A stretch of 64,000 bases of DNA from Dehalococcoidia bacterium (lineage in GTDB: Bacteria > Chloroflexota > Dehalococcoidia > UBA2979), in contig OZ244720.1 in assembly GCA_965219085.1 (NCBI GenBank), positions 1,344,001-1,408,000 on the forward strand, in the 5' to 3' direction. This document shows, in pieces, positions 49,403 to 60,674 of the stretch; the first letter of the stretch is position 1; each line of letters opens with the position of its first letter. Position numbers and translations under genes: made by a program. The notes beneath the pieces are model-generated. The model worked only from the letters and a program-made list of their open reading frames with translations, made no database searches and was not told the DNA's origin.

Positions 49403-50434
49403 GTGCCCCCCCGCCCGCGGTTGCTCGCCCTCGTCGTGACGGTCGTGGCCGCGCTCGCCGCGCACGGCGTGGCGCTGGCGCAGGAAGCACCCATCGACGT
49501 GAGCGTCGACCTCGAACCGCGCCGCGCGACGCTCGGCGACCGGGTGCGCATGACGGTGACCGTGACGCATACCGACGCCGTGCTGATCACGGCGGAGCCG
49601 CCCGCCCCGCGCGAGGGCCTCACCATCGTCGACACGATCCCGGTCAGAACCATGGTGCTCGCCGACGGGCGGCTGCGCAGCGAGTTCGGCTTCACCTTCG
49701 CCGCGTTCGAGCTCGGCGTGATGCAGCCGGGCCCGGCGCGCATCCTGTGGCTGCACGAGGACGGCCGCTCCGGCGCCACCGAGATCGTGCCGCCGCCGTT
49801 CGAGGTGGTCTCGGCCGCCGTCGGCGACCCCTCGGCGCTGCGGCCGCTCAAGCCGCAGGCGGAGTACGGCGAGCCGCCCGCGGCGTGGCTGCGCCCGGCG
49901 ATCGTGGGCGGCGCGGCCGCGGGCGCGCTCATCGTGGCGGCCCTCGTCGTGTGGTGGCGGCGCAGGCGCACGCCGGAGCCCGTGGCCGCGCCCGTCGTGG
50001 TAGCCGCCGGGCCGGAGGCCGAAGCACGACGGGCGCTCGAGGAGCTCGCGTCGAGCGGGCTGCTGGAAGACGGCGACTTCGGGACGTTCTACGGCACGAT
50101 CGCGGTGGTGATGCGACGCTACCTGGAGGCGCGCTACATCTTCCCCGCCACCGCCCTCACCACGCCCGAGCTCGACGAGCGCATGGGCGACGCCGGCATC
50201 GAGCGCTGGCAGTCGCGGCTGGCCGAGGGGCTGCTCGACCGCTGCGACGCGACGGTCTACGCGGGCTACGTGCCGGACCCCGTCGCCGCCGACCACGACC
50301 TGACCGTGGCGTTCGAGATCGTCGAGCTCGCGCGTGAGCGACCGGCCGCTGAAGCGACGGTAAGCTCCGAGCGGCCCGCGGGCGGCGGAGACATGGCCAA
50401 CGGGGGCGGCAACGGGAACGGGGGCGGGCGATGA
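49403..50434 (+). CDS. Bat-operon-associated membrane protein (BatD/DUF4381-like)
   Basis: Signal peptide, LRPLKP, TM helix, RRYLE..Y..PA..LTT. Confidence 0.7.
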   Translation: MPPRPRLLALVVTVVAALAAHGVALAQEAPIDVSVDLEPRRATLGDRVRMTVTVTHTDAVLITAEPPAPREGLTIVDTIPVRTMVLADGRLRSEFGFTFAAFELGVMQPGPARILWLHEDGRSGATEIVPPPFEVVSAAVGDPSALRPLKPQAEYGEPPAAWLRPAIVGGAAAGALIVAALVVWWRRRRTPEPVAAPVVVAAGPEAEARRALEELASSGLLEDGDFGTFYGTIAVVMRRYLEARYIFPATALTTPELDERMGDAGIERWQSRLAEGLLDRCDATVYAGYVPDPVAADHDLTVAFEIVELARERPAAEATVSSERPAGGGDMANGGGNGNGGGR

Positions 50435-51378
50435 GCTTCGCGAACCCGTGGCTGCTCGCGCTGGTGCCGCTCGGCGGCGTGCTGCTCGGCTGGCGGTGGT
50501 GGTCGCGGCCCGCCCGGCCCGCGCTCGCGCTCGCCGATCTCGGCGTGCTGCGCCAGGCGGCGCGCCCCAGCTGGCGACTGCGGGCGCGCTGGCTGCCCGC
50601 CGCGCTGCGCGTCGCGGCGCTCGTGCTGGTCGTCGTCGCGCTGGCGCGGCCGCAACGCGGCCTCGCCGTCACGACGGTGCCCGAGGAGGGCATCGACGTG
50701 GTCGTCGCCCTCGACGTGTCCGGCTCGATGCAGCAGCGCGCGACGCTGGGCGACCGCACTTCGAAGCTCGTCGCCGCGAAGGTGGCGATCGACGAGTTTG
50801 TGCGGGATCTCGAGGGCGACCGCGTCGGCCTCGTGACGTTCCAGTCGACGGCGCTGCTCATGTCACCGCTCACCCTCGACCGCGTCGCGCTGGCGCGGCA
50901 GGTGTGGTCCGTCGAGCCGGGGCTGGTGGTGGACGGGACGGCGATCGGGCTCGGGCTGTCGGAGGCGGTGAACCTGCTGCGCGACTCGCCCGCGCGCAGC
51001 CGCGTGGTGGTGCTGCTGACCGACGGCGAGAACAACGCCGGCGAGGTGCCGCCGTTGCAGGCGGCCCGCATCGCCGAGGCCCTCGGCGTGCGCGTCTACA
51101 CCATCGGCTTCCACGGGGCGGCCCGATCGTCGAGCAGCGTCGACGTGCGGCTGCTGCAGCAGGTCGCCTCGGCGACCGGCGGGGCCTACTACGACGCATC
51201 GAGCCCGGACGAGGTGGAGCAGGCGTACGAGTCGGTGCGCACGCTGGAGCGCAGCCGCGTGGGGGAGCGGCAGTTCACGGAGTTCGAGGAGTTGGCGCCG
51301 CGACTGGCGATCGCCGCGATCCTGCTGCTGCTCGCCGAGGCGGGGCTGCGCTCGACGCTGCTCCGGCGGTACCCGTGA
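50431..51378 (+). CDS. VWA domain protein (BatA-like)
   Basis: FANP, DVSGSM MIDAS, GTAIG, LLTDGENN. Confidence 0.92.
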   Translation: MSFANPWLLALVPLGGVLLGWRWWSRPARPALALADLGVLRQAARPSWRLRARWLPAALRVAALVLVVVALARPQRGLAVTTVPEEGIDVVVALDVSGSMQQRATLGDRTSKLVAAKVAIDEFVRDLEGDRVGLVTFQSTALLMSPLTLDRVALARQVWSVEPGLVVDGTAIGLGLSEAVNLLRDSPARSRVVVLLTDGENNAGEVPPLQAARIAEALGVRVYTIGFHGAARSSSSVDVRLLQQVASATGGAYYDASSPDEVEQAYESVRTLERSRVGERQFTEFEELAPRLAIAAILLLLAEAGLRSTLLRRYP

Positions 51379-51388
51379 GGTCGCGGCG

Positions 51389-53218
51389 ATGATCACGTTC
51401 GCGAACCCGCTCGCGCTGGTGTGGCTGCTCGCCGTCGCCCCGGCGGTGGCCGCCGCGTGGTACGCGTCGAGGCTACGCCAACGCGCCGACGAGGCGTTCG
51501 GCGGGGCCGCGGAGCTCCGGCTCGGGCGCAGCGGCTGGCGGCGTCCGCTGCAACTCGCGCTGCTGCTGGCCGCGCTCGTCCTCGCCGCCGTTGCGGTGGC
51601 GCGCCCGCAGTGGGGCGCCGAGGAGCGCGAGCTCACCCGCCTCGGCGTCGACGTGGCCGTCGCGCTCGACATCTCGCGGTCGATGACGGCCGACGACCTC
51701 GACCCCTCGCGCGCCGAGGCGGCCGCCGCCGGGCTCACCGAGATGCTCGCGCACCTGCGCGGTGACCGCGTCGGTCTCGTCACGTTCGCGGGCGAGGCGT
51801 TCCAGCGCTCGCCGCTCACGCTCGACCTCGAACCGCTCACGCAGCTGATCGCGCGCTCGCAGAACGAGGCGGCGCTCGTCGCGCAGGGCACGGATCTGGG
51901 CGGCGCGCTCACGGCAGCCCTCGACCTGCTGGACGTCGACGACCCGGCGGACACGCAGGTGATCGTACTCATCTCGGACGGCGAGGACGTCGCCGAGGGC
52001 TTCGAGCAAGCCCTGCTGCGTGCCAACGATCTGGGCGTCCGCGTCTACACCGTCGCCGTCGGCACACCCGAGGGCGGCTGGATGCCGGGCTCGCAGGACC
52101 GGCCGAGCTATGTGGACGTCGACACGCTGGGCGCCATCGCCACCCGCACCGGCGGCAACATGCGCACCCTCGACGCTATCGCGGGACTCGCCGTGGAGTT
52201 CCAGCGGCTGCGGCGCTCCGCATTCGACGAGGGCGCGAACAGCGCGCCGATCGACCGCTTCCAGTGGTTCCTCGCGGGTGCGCTCGTGTTGCTGCTCGCG
52301 CAGTCGTGGATCGCCGAGGGGGCGCGCACGGCGGCGCGCCTGCCAGACGCGCGCATCGTGCTCGCCGGCACCGGAGTGCTCGCGGCGTTACTCCTCGTCG
52401 GCTGCGGCAGCGCGGCGTACGAGGACGTGCGGCGCGGCAACGAGGCGTACGAGGAGGAAGCGTACGAGGGCGCGCTCGCCGCCTACCAGGGGGCCGCGGG
52501 CGATCCCTCCGAGTCCGAGGCGCCACCACCGATCGACTACAACATCGGCAACACGCTGCACCGCCTCGAACGCTACGAGGAGGCGACCGTCGCCACGACC
52601 GCGGCGCTGAACGCGACGGACGATCCGGTGCTCGTGGCCCGCGCCTCGTACGCCGTCGGCAACCACGCATTCCAGCGGGGCGACCTCGAGGCGGCTCGGG
52701 AGGCGTACATCGCCGTGCTGCTGCGCGATCCCGGCGACGTCGACGCAAAGCACAACCTCGAGCTCGTGCTGCGCCTGCTCGCGGGTGGGGAGCCGCCCCC
52801 GGCGGCGGGCCAGCAGCCGCCTCCCCCCGACCCTCCGGACAGCGACAACGAGGGCGACTCGGACGAGCAGGAGCAGGATCCGGGCGACGGCCCGGGCGAC
52901 CCGGGCGACCAGGAGCCCGAGGAAGACAGCGGCGGCGAGGGCGACCCGGGCGAGGAGGGCGACGAGCCTCCGACCGAGGGTGGCTCGGACATGCCGCCCG
53001 AGCAGGACCAGGACGGCACGCCCAGCGGTGACCAGCCGACCCCGCCGCGGAACCTCGACGAGGCGCGCGCGCAACTGTCGGAGGCACTGCTGGAACTCGG
53101 CGACACGCCGCTCTCGCTGGAGCAGGCCCTCGACATCCTCGACCTGGTGCGGATCGCGAACTCGCTGGAGGCGCTCGAGCCGCCGGAGCGGACGGGCGGC
53201 GCGCTCCCCGACCGATAA
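51389..53218 (+). CDS. VWA plus TPR fusion (BatB-BatC-like)
   Basis: DISRSM, ISDGED; TPR motifs YNIGN and AKHNLE; acidic low-complexity tail. Confidence 0.88.
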   Translation: MITFANPLALVWLLAVAPAVAAAWYASRLRQRADEAFGGAAELRLGRSGWRRPLQLALLLAALVLAAVAVARPQWGAEERELTRLGVDVAVALDISRSMTADDLDPSRAEAAAAGLTEMLAHLRGDRVGLVTFAGEAFQRSPLTLDLEPLTQLIARSQNEAALVAQGTDLGGALTAALDLLDVDDPADTQVIVLISDGEDVAEGFEQALLRANDLGVRVYTVAVGTPEGGWMPGSQDRPSYVDVDTLGAIATRTGGNMRTLDAIAGLAVEFQRLRRSAFDEGANSAPIDRFQWFLAGALVLLLAQSWIAEGARTAARLPDARIVLAGTGVLAALLLVGCGSAAYEDVRRGNEAYEEEAYEGALAAYQGAAGDPSESEAPPPIDYNIGNTLHRLERYEEATVATTAALNATDDPVLVARASYAVGNHAFQRGDLEAAREAYIAVLLRDPGDVDAKHNLELVLRLLAGGEPPPAAGQQPPPPDPPDSDNEGDSDEQEQDPGDGPGDPGDQEPEEDSGGEGDPGEEGDEPPTEGGSDMPPEQDQDGTPSGDQPTPPRNLDEARAQLSEALLELGDTPLSLEQALDILDLVRIANSLEALEPPERTGGALPDR

Positions 53219-53368
53219 CATATGTACGCCTCCAACGTATGATCGCCACGGACGCGATGTTGTGGCTATACTGCACGGACGAAGGTTGCTCGACACGACC
53301 TTCCGTCGGTATGTCGCTCCCACCGTGATCGCCAGGACCCTCTACCATGGGTCACGGGAGAACGGGCT

Positions 53369-53620
53369 ATGGCCAGACCAACGTTCGACACGCTGCGCGC
53401 GGTGCGGAAGCTCCGAGGCTCCGGCATGGACGAAGAGCCCGCGGGGGCGGTAGTGGAAGTCGTCGGAGACGCCACGAGCCCCCTCGTCACACTGGAAATG
53501 CTTCAATCGGAGTTCCGGGCGCAGCAGCTTCGGCTTGGCGGCATGTTTGTGGTCGCCACGGGGATCATCCTCGCGGCGTTGGCCATAGCGGCGGGAGCCG
53601 TGATCCAGGCTATCGGCTAG
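53369..53620 (+). CDS. DUF1640/CCDC90-like small membrane protein
   Basis: FDTLRAVRKLRGSGM..E.A.AVV; C-terminal TM. Confidence 0.7.
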   Translation: MARPTFDTLRAVRKLRGSGMDEEPAGAVVEVVGDATSPLVTLEMLQSEFRAQQLRLGGMFVVATGIILAALAIAAGAVIQAIG

Positions 53621-53651
53621 AACAGCCGCGCCGCCATCCCGAACGAACCCG

Positions 53652-56096
53652 CTACCCGGCCGACCCGCGTCGCCGCAGCCGGAACGGGCGCAGCAGCGCA
53701 AGGCGGACGAGCCGGTTGCGGACATCCCGGTACGCGCGGTCCAGGCGTTCCAACTCTCCGTCGTCGTCGCCGCCGCCGTCGCCGATCGCGCGGCCGTATC
53801 GCTCGCGCGTGAACGAGCGCGCGAGCTGGGCGACGGGCTCGCCGACCTCGATCGCGCGGCCGACGGAGGCCGCGGACTCCAGCGGCGTGCGGTCCGGGCC
53901 GGGCGAGATCCCGGCCCAGATGGACAGGCGCTGCACCTTCGCCCAGCGCTGCGTCGCAGGCGCGAGCCGACGATAGGGGTACGCCCAGGCGAGGCTCACG
54001 AGGAAGTACAGCGCGGAGAGCGCGGCGACGATCGCGAGCAGCCACAGCATGGGCGTCGCGAAGTCCAGGCCAGCGGCATCGGCACCCGCTCCACCCCGCT
54101 CCGGGGCGGCCAGGTCTTCCTCGTCGCCGAAGGCGTCGGCCTCCAGGAGCAGCAGCTCGTCCGTGCCCTCCGCGATCGTGAGCGGGTCCTCTTCGTCCAG
54201 ACCGAACGCCTGCGGGCCGGGCCGCAACACCTTCGCGCGCAGCGGTGTGGGGTTGAACTCGACCCAGCCGAGGCCGGGGAAGTAGACCTCCGGCCACGTC
54301 CACGAGTCCTCCTCGGTGAGCACGTAGGTCTCCGTCTCGTCGTCGTAGACGTGCTCGCCGACGAAGAAGCCGACGGCGACGCGGGCGGGGTAGCCGAGCG
54401 CGCGCATCATCACGGCCATCGCCGAGGCGTGATGGTCGAAGTAGCCCTCGCGCGATTCGAACAGGAAGTAGTCCACGGGGTCGCGGCGCGGCGGCTGGTC
54501 GTCGACCTTGAGGTTGAAGCCGTAGTTCGTGCGCAGGTAGTTCTCGATCTGGAACGCAGCCACGTACGGCGACTCGGTATTCCCCGCGATGTCGAACGCC
54601 AGCTCGCGTACGCGGTCCGGCAGGCTGTCGGGGAGCTGCAGGTAGCGCTCCGTCACCCATGCCGGGTAGTCCGTGCCCGCGCCGACGAGGATCTCCGGGT
54701 TGGCTGCGGAAACGGTGCCGACGGTCACATACGAGTCTCCGGATTTGACGCGCTCCTCGGGCTGCAACGCCGCGAGGTCCGCTGCCGAGGGCCCCGTCAC
54801 GGCCTCCGCCTCGATGTCCGTCGCGAGGGGGTCGCCGGCCGAGAGCAGGCGGCGGTCCGACAGCGGACGGATCACCTCGATCCGGGTCACGACGGGGCGG
54901 CGTAGCTGCGTGCGGGTCTCGGGCGTGCCGAAGCTCGCGGCCTCGATGGTCGTGCCGGGCAGCGGCTCGCGGTCGGTCTCGGACAGCTGCCAGCCGGCGC
55001 GCGTGTACTCGTCGAACGCGGTGGCGCGCAGGTGCAGGAACTCGTCGGCGCGCAGTAGCTCGTTCGACGGCAGCGAGACGACGTACATCGGGTCGTCCTC
55101 GAGCTTGACGCGGCCCTGCAGCGGCAAGGCGCTGTCGAAGTGGTGGATGAGGTTGCCGCGCTTCGAGTCGATGCCGAGGAACACCTGGCCGAAGCGGTCG
55201 ACGCGGTCGGTGACGGGCTGGGTGAGGCGCTCCCACCCCGCGGAGACCCGGTCGAGCTCCCCGGCGGTCGGGACGAGCCAGGAGGCGAGGATGAGCAGCA
55301 CCGCGACCCACGCTCCGGCGTGCAGCACCTCGAGCGACAGCAGCTGCGGCAGCGCGGCCCGCTGGCCCTCCCAGCGCGTCACCGTGCGCAGCAACTGGAG
55401 GCGCGTGAAGAGCAGGATCGCCGCGAACAGGAACAGGATGAACGCGATCGAGGGCTGACCCGGCAGGTAGGAGATGTTGGTGAGGATGCCCACCCCGGCC
55501 GGCACGAGCGCGAGCCACGGGTTGCGCCAGCGGAACACGGCCCACCCCGACAGGTACGGCACGATCCACGTGACGAACACCATCAGCAGCACGAACGGCA
55601 GCGGGTCCGAGGAGACGCCGCCGAAGATCAGCGCCCCGCCCCAGTCCTTGAGGCGCGCCCACAGCTCCGACCAGCGCGCGACGATTCCCCCGGTGGTGAG
55701 CGGGTCGGCGAGCTCCATGGTGTGCATGACCATCGCGACGGAGGCGAGCGCGCCGAACGCGAGTCCGGCGGGGAACAGCCACCACGCCGACCAGCGCACG
55801 CGGGCGAGGGCCGCGCGCCCAGCCGGGCTGTACGCGAACCACGGCGCTGACCCACGCATCCGCGCGAGCGCGGCGCCCACCAGGAGCCCGCCCCACGCCG
55901 CGACCGTGAGGCTCGGCATCTCGTCGACCCAGTTGGCGTTCGCGATCGAGAGGGCGAAGGCGGTCTGGCTCGCCGCCAGCAACACGAAGGTGAGGATGTC
56001 CTCCCAGTACGCGAAGGCGACCGTCCGGTCCCCCTCGGCGATGAGGTCGGAGAGGCCGCGCCGCCCCTGCCCCGCCGGGATGCCGGTGGCGGTCAC
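53652..56096 (-). CDS. TgpA-like membrane transglutaminase-domain protein (catalytic triad substituted)
   Basis: N-terminal TM bundle; FLFESREGYFDHHASAM, PARVAVGF, WPEVYFPGLGWVEFNPTP. Confidence 0.88.
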   Translation of the reverse strand: MTATGIPAGQGRRGLSDLIAEGDRTVAFAYWEDILTFVLLAASQTAFALSIANANWVDEMPSLTVAAWGGLLVGAALARMRGSAPWFAYSPAGRAALARVRWSAWWLFPAGLAFGALASVAMVMHTMELADPLTTGGIVARWSELWARLKDWGGALIFGGVSSDPLPFVLLMVFVTWIVPYLSGWAVFRWRNPWLALVPAGVGILTNISYLPGQPSIAFILFLFAAILLFTRLQLLRTVTRWEGQRAALPQLLSLEVLHAGAWVAVLLILASWLVPTAGELDRVSAGWERLTQPVTDRVDRFGQVFLGIDSKRGNLIHHFDSALPLQGRVKLEDDPMYVVSLPSNELLRADEFLHLRATAFDEYTRAGWQLSETDREPLPGTTIEAASFGTPETRTQLRRPVVTRIEVIRPLSDRRLLSAGDPLATDIEAEAVTGPSAADLAALQPEERVKSGDSYVTVGTVSAANPEILVGAGTDYPAWVTERYLQLPDSLPDRVRELAFDIAGNTESPYVAAFQIENYLRTNYGFNLKVDDQPPRRDPVDYFLFESREGYFDHHASAMAVMMRALGYPARVAVGFFVGEHVYDDETETYVLTEEDSWTWPEVYFPGLGWVEFNPTPLRAKVLRPGPQAFGLDEEDPLTIAEGTDELLLLEADAFGDEEDLAAPERGGAGADAAGLDFATPMLWLLAIVAALSALYFLVSLAWAYPYRRLAPATQRWAKVQRLSIWAGISPGPDRTPLESAASVGRAIEVGEPVAQLARSFTRERYGRAIGDGGGDDDGELERLDRAYRDVRNRLVRLALLRPFRLRRRGSAG

Positions 56097-57373
56097 AGCG
56101 GCGACGCCGGGCCGGCGGGCGCGCCGGTCTCGGGATTCGGCGCGCTCGTGGCGGCGCTGAGCACGTGCACGAGGTCGTCGCCGAGCTTCACCGTGTAGGT
56201 GTAGACGCCGCCGGCGGTGAGCGTGCCGTAGACATCGAGGGAACTGCGCTCGCTGCCGAAGGTCTCGCCCTCGAGCAGCACGGCGGCCACCTTCACGCCG
56301 CGCGATGCGAGCGACATGAGCGCCAGCGCCCACGCGTCGTCGGGCGACGGCGTGACCGCGACAACGGTGGTGTGCCGCCCGAAGTTGCGCTGCTCCTCCA
56401 GCAGCAGGTGGTCGAACGGCACCTCGCCGACCGAGCGCGCGAGCGCGAGCGTTTCGAGGATGCGCGTGTAGTGGTTCGCTCCCCGTTCGGGCTCGTCGAC
56501 GCGCAGGTCGTCGCCGTAGGCAATGAGTCCGACGGAGCGGTTGGCGGTGATGAAGTAGCGCGCGATCGAGGCGGCGACCATGACCGCCGTCTCCTCGGTG
56601 CCGTCATCGCCCTCGCCGACGTGCACCTCGTCCTGGAGGTCGAGCAGGACCCAGACGTCGGAGGCGGGGTCGAGCTCGAAGAGCTTGACCATGAGGTTGC
56701 CGGTACGCGCGGTCGCCGGCCAGTGGACGCGGCTAAACGAGTCGCCGGGCTCGTAGGCGCGGATGCCCGCGACATTGGGGGTCACGTTGTGCGTGCGACG
56801 CCGGAAGCGCCCATCGCCGGGCAGGCTCGCCGGCGGCAGGTACAGCCCGGGCAGCTCGGGCGCGTTCGGGTAGACGAGCACCTCGACCTCCTCGCCGAAG
56901 GTGCGCGACATGCGGAAGAAGCCGAACGGGTCGGCCGAGGTGATCGTGATCGGGCCGAGCGTGTAGAGCCCTCGGCGCAGCGTGGGGGTCTGGTAGCGCC
57001 ACACGTCGATGCCGTGGGAGCCGAGCGTCACGACGCGGTTCGTGATATGGCCTGGCATGTCGGAGGCGTCTTCGACCTCCAGCCAGATCTTCGGGAGACG
57101 GGCGCCCGAGCGGATCACCACCCGGCCTTCGAGGTCGCTGCCGCGGGTGACGCGTCGGTCGCGGCGCAGCACGTCCACCTCGATGTTGCGGATCATCGAG
57201 CGGTTCCAGAAGTAGAGGATCGGCACGCCGATGAAGATCACGTAGGCGAGGCGGAACAGCAGCCAGAACCCGGTGGCGAGGCCGATCGCGATGCAGATCA
57301 GCGCGACACCGATCGCGACGGTGACGTTGGGGCGTCGGCGGGGTGCGGCCGCGAGCCACACGAGCCAGCGCAC
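56093..57373 (-). CDS. DUF58 protein
   Basis: RRGLY, DPFG, RAYEPGD..RVHWPATAR..LMVK. Confidence 0.9.
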   Translation of the reverse strand: MRWLVWLAAAPRRRPNVTVAIGVALICIAIGLATGFWLLFRLAYVIFIGVPILYFWNRSMIRNIEVDVLRRDRRVTRGSDLEGRVVIRSGARLPKIWLEVEDASDMPGHITNRVVTLGSHGIDVWRYQTPTLRRGLYTLGPITITSADPFGFFRMSRTFGEEVEVLVYPNAPELPGLYLPPASLPGDGRFRRRTHNVTPNVAGIRAYEPGDSFSRVHWPATARTGNLMVKLFELDPASDVWVLLDLQDEVHVGEGDDGTEETAVMVAASIARYFITANRSVGLIAYGDDLRVDEPERGANHYTRILETLALARSVGEVPFDHLLLEEQRNFGRHTTVVAVTPSPDDAWALALMSLASRGVKVAAVLLEGETFGSERSSLDVYGTLTAGGVYTYTVKLGDDLVHVLSAATSAPNPETGAPAGPASPL

Positions 57374-57380
57374 GGGCTGC

Positions 57381-58340
<960 letters not shown>

Positions 58341-58426
58341 GCACTCCAGTGACGCGATGCTGTGGGACGGCGACGAGGCCGAGCGTCAGTATAGCAACTC
58401 GCCAGTACCGCGCTGACAGGGGCGCG

Positions 58427-59395
58427 TCAGGCGCGTCCGGTGACCGCGCCCCACTCCCCGTCGAGCTCGCTCACCACGTCGTGCAGGCCGGCCGCGCGGG
58501 CGGCGGCCTCGACTTCCGCGACTGCCTCGGCAAGGAACCCGCCCGCCACGAGGACACCGCCCGACCGTAGCGCCGCCACGGCACCCGGGAGCAGACCGGT
58601 CACCGCCTCGAGCGAGATGTTCATCACCACACAGTCGTACGCGCCCCGCGCCGGCGTGGCCCACGGCCACGCCGCGCCCAGTGAACCCTCGAGCCCGTTG
58701 ATGCGGTCACCGAGGCCGTTGCGTGCCGCGTTCTCGCGGGCGGCTGCGACCGCCACCGGATCGGTGTCGAGCGCGTCGACGCGGGCCGCGCCCAGGCGAG
58801 CGGCTGCCAGCGCGAGGATCCCCGAGCCCGTCCCCACGTCGAGCACTGCCTCGCCGGGCCGTATGAGGCGATCGAGTGCCGCGAGGCAGAGCCGTGTCGT
58901 GCCGTGCTGCCCCGTGCCGAACGCACGGCCGGGGTCGAGCGTGATCACGAGGTCGCCGGGCCGCACGTCGGCGGTCTCGTCCCACGAGGGCTGCACGAGC
59001 AGCCGCCCGACACGCAGCGGGTGGTGGAAGCGCTTCCACTCCTCGGCCCAGTCGGCCTCGCGCACCTCGGCGTAACGGAGGCGCGCCAGCGGTGTGCCGA
59101 GGGGGAGCGCGGCGAGGCGGCGGCGGATCGCCCGGCGCTGCGACGGAGCGAGCGGCGCGTGGAAGAACGCGCGCACGGTGGCTTCCTCGCCGGTGAGTTC
59201 GAGGCCGAAGCGCTCCGGCTCAACGTTGCGGAACGGCGCATCCATCGACGCGCCGCCGGGCGCGATCACCGCGAGCACGTCGGCGACGATCTCCGCGTCG
59301 GCGGCCGGGAGGCGCAGTGACAGCTGGATCCACGCGTCATCGGGCGCGACCGCGTCGGGCGGGGTGGGGGCGTCGCCGGATGGGGACGACGGCAT
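58427..59395 (-). CDS. prmA: Ribosomal protein L11 methyltransferase
   Basis: DWAEEWK, DPGRAFGTGQHGTT, LDVGTGSGIL; downstream of dnaJ. Confidence 0.92.
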   Translation of the reverse strand: MPSSPSGDAPTPPDAVAPDDAWIQLSLRLPAADAEIVADVLAVIAPGGASMDAPFRNVEPERFGLELTGEEATVRAFFHAPLAPSQRRAIRRRLAALPLGTPLARLRYAEVREADWAEEWKRFHHPLRVGRLLVQPSWDETADVRPGDLVITLDPGRAFGTGQHGTTRLCLAALDRLIRPGEAVLDVGTGSGILALAAARLGAARVDALDTDPVAVAAARENAARNGLGDRINGLEGSLGAAWPWATPARGAYDCVVMNISLEAVTGLLPGAVAALRSGGVLVAGGFLAEAVAEVEAAARAAGLHDVVSELDGEWGAVTGRA

Positions 59396-59401
59396 GGGCG
59401 G

Positions 59402-60520
59402 CTAGGTGAAGGCCTCCCGCAGGCGGTCCAGGAAGCTGCGCTCGCTGTCCGGCACCGCGGGGGTGCCGAGCGACTCGGCGAGCTGTTCGAGCAGCTCGCG
59501 CTGCTCGTCGGTGATCTTCGTGGGCGTCACCACGTGGGTGTGCACCAGCAGGTCGCCGCGGCCGCTGCCACGCAGGTGAGGCACGCCGTAGCCGCGGACG
59601 GTGAACACGTGCCCCGGCTGGGTGCCCGGGGGCACCTCGAGCGGCACGGGCCCGCCGCCGATGGTCGGCACCTCGACATCCGCGCCGAGCGCGGCCTGCG
59701 CGGGGTTCAGCGGGAGCTCGTATACGAGGTGGTTGCGCTGGCGGCTGAACTGCTCGTGCGGCTCCACCTCGATCTCGAGGTAGACGTTGCCGGCGGGGCC
59801 GCGGCGCTGGCCGGCGTCACCTTCGCCGCTGAGGCGGATCTGGTGCTCCTCGTCCACGCCGGCTGGGACGTTGACCACGCGCGAGACGTGCTCGCGGCGC
59901 AGGCCGCGGCCGCGACACTCGCCGCACGGCTCGGAGACGACCTCGCCGTCGCCGTCGCAGCGCGCGCAGAGCGCGGCGTTGACGAAGCGGCCGAACAGCG
60001 ACTCCTGGACGCGGCGCACCTCGCCCTGCCCGTTGCACTCGGGGCAGGTGACGGGCTTCGTGCCCGGCGCGCCACCGCTGCCGCGGCACTCCTCGCAGCG
60101 CGCGACGCGGTCGAACTCGATCTCCTGCTCGGCGCCGAAGACCGCCTCCTCGAGCGAGATGTGCAGCGTCGCGCGGCGGTCGGCGCCGCGCTGTGGGCCG
60201 GGGCGGCGGGTGGCGGTGCCGTTGAAGAAGGCGTCGAAGATGTCGCCGAAGCCGCCGAACCCCTCGAAGCCGGAGAAGCCGTGCTGCCCGCCGCCGTTGA
60301 GGCCGTTGATGCCGAAGCGGTCGTAGGTGCGGCGCTTCTCCTCGTCGGAGAGGACGTTGTAGGCGGCGGAGATCTCCTTGAAGCGATCCTCGGCGCCGTC
60401 GCTCTTGTTGCGATCGGGGTGGTATTCCATCGCGAGCTTGCGGAAGGCGCGCTTGATCTCCTCCTGCGAAGCATCGCGGGAGACCCCGAGGGCGGCGTAG
60501 AGGTCGGCGTTGGCGTTCAT
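59402..60520 (-). CDS. dnaJ: Chaperone DnaJ
   Basis: HPD J-domain, G/F-rich region, four CxxCxGxG repeats. Confidence 0.97.
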   Translation of the reverse strand: MNANADLYAALGVSRDASQEEIKRAFRKLAMEYHPDRNKSDGAEDRFKEISAAYNVLSDEEKRRTYDRFGINGLNGGGQHGFSGFEGFGGFGDIFDAFFNGTATRRPGPQRGADRRATLHISLEEAVFGAEQEIEFDRVARCEECRGSGGAPGTKPVTCPECNGQGEVRRVQESLFGRFVNAALCARCDGDGEVVSEPCGECRGRGLRREHVSRVVNVPAGVDEEHQIRLSGEGDAGQRRGPAGNVYLEIEVEPHEQFSRQRNHLVYELPLNPAQAALGADVEVPTIGGGPVPLEVPPGTQPGHVFTVRGYGVPHLRGSGRGDLLVHTHVVTPTKITDEQRELLEQLAESLGTPAVPDSERSFLDRLREAFT

Positions 60521-60590
60521 CGATCAGTCAGTTTACGTGCTCCGGCCGCTGGCCGCCCTGCCCCCCTCACGGAAGCCTGTCGGCGAGGCA

Positions 60591-60647
60591 GCCGGTAAAA
60601 GTCTTCGCTCCATTTGGACCGAATTGAAGCGTAGACTTTCCGTCCGG
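60591..60647. repeat. Long imperfect inverted repeat downstream of fic
   Basis: AAAGTCTTCGCTCCATTT-GGACCG-AATTGAAGCGTAGACTTT. Confidence 0.75.
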
Positions 60648-60674
60648 CCGCGTCGCCGCTCCGTGCACCGGGGC

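Noticed and set aside
60591-60647. Integron attC site
   Set aside because: No RYYYAAC/GTTRRRY ends, no integrase and no cassette array.
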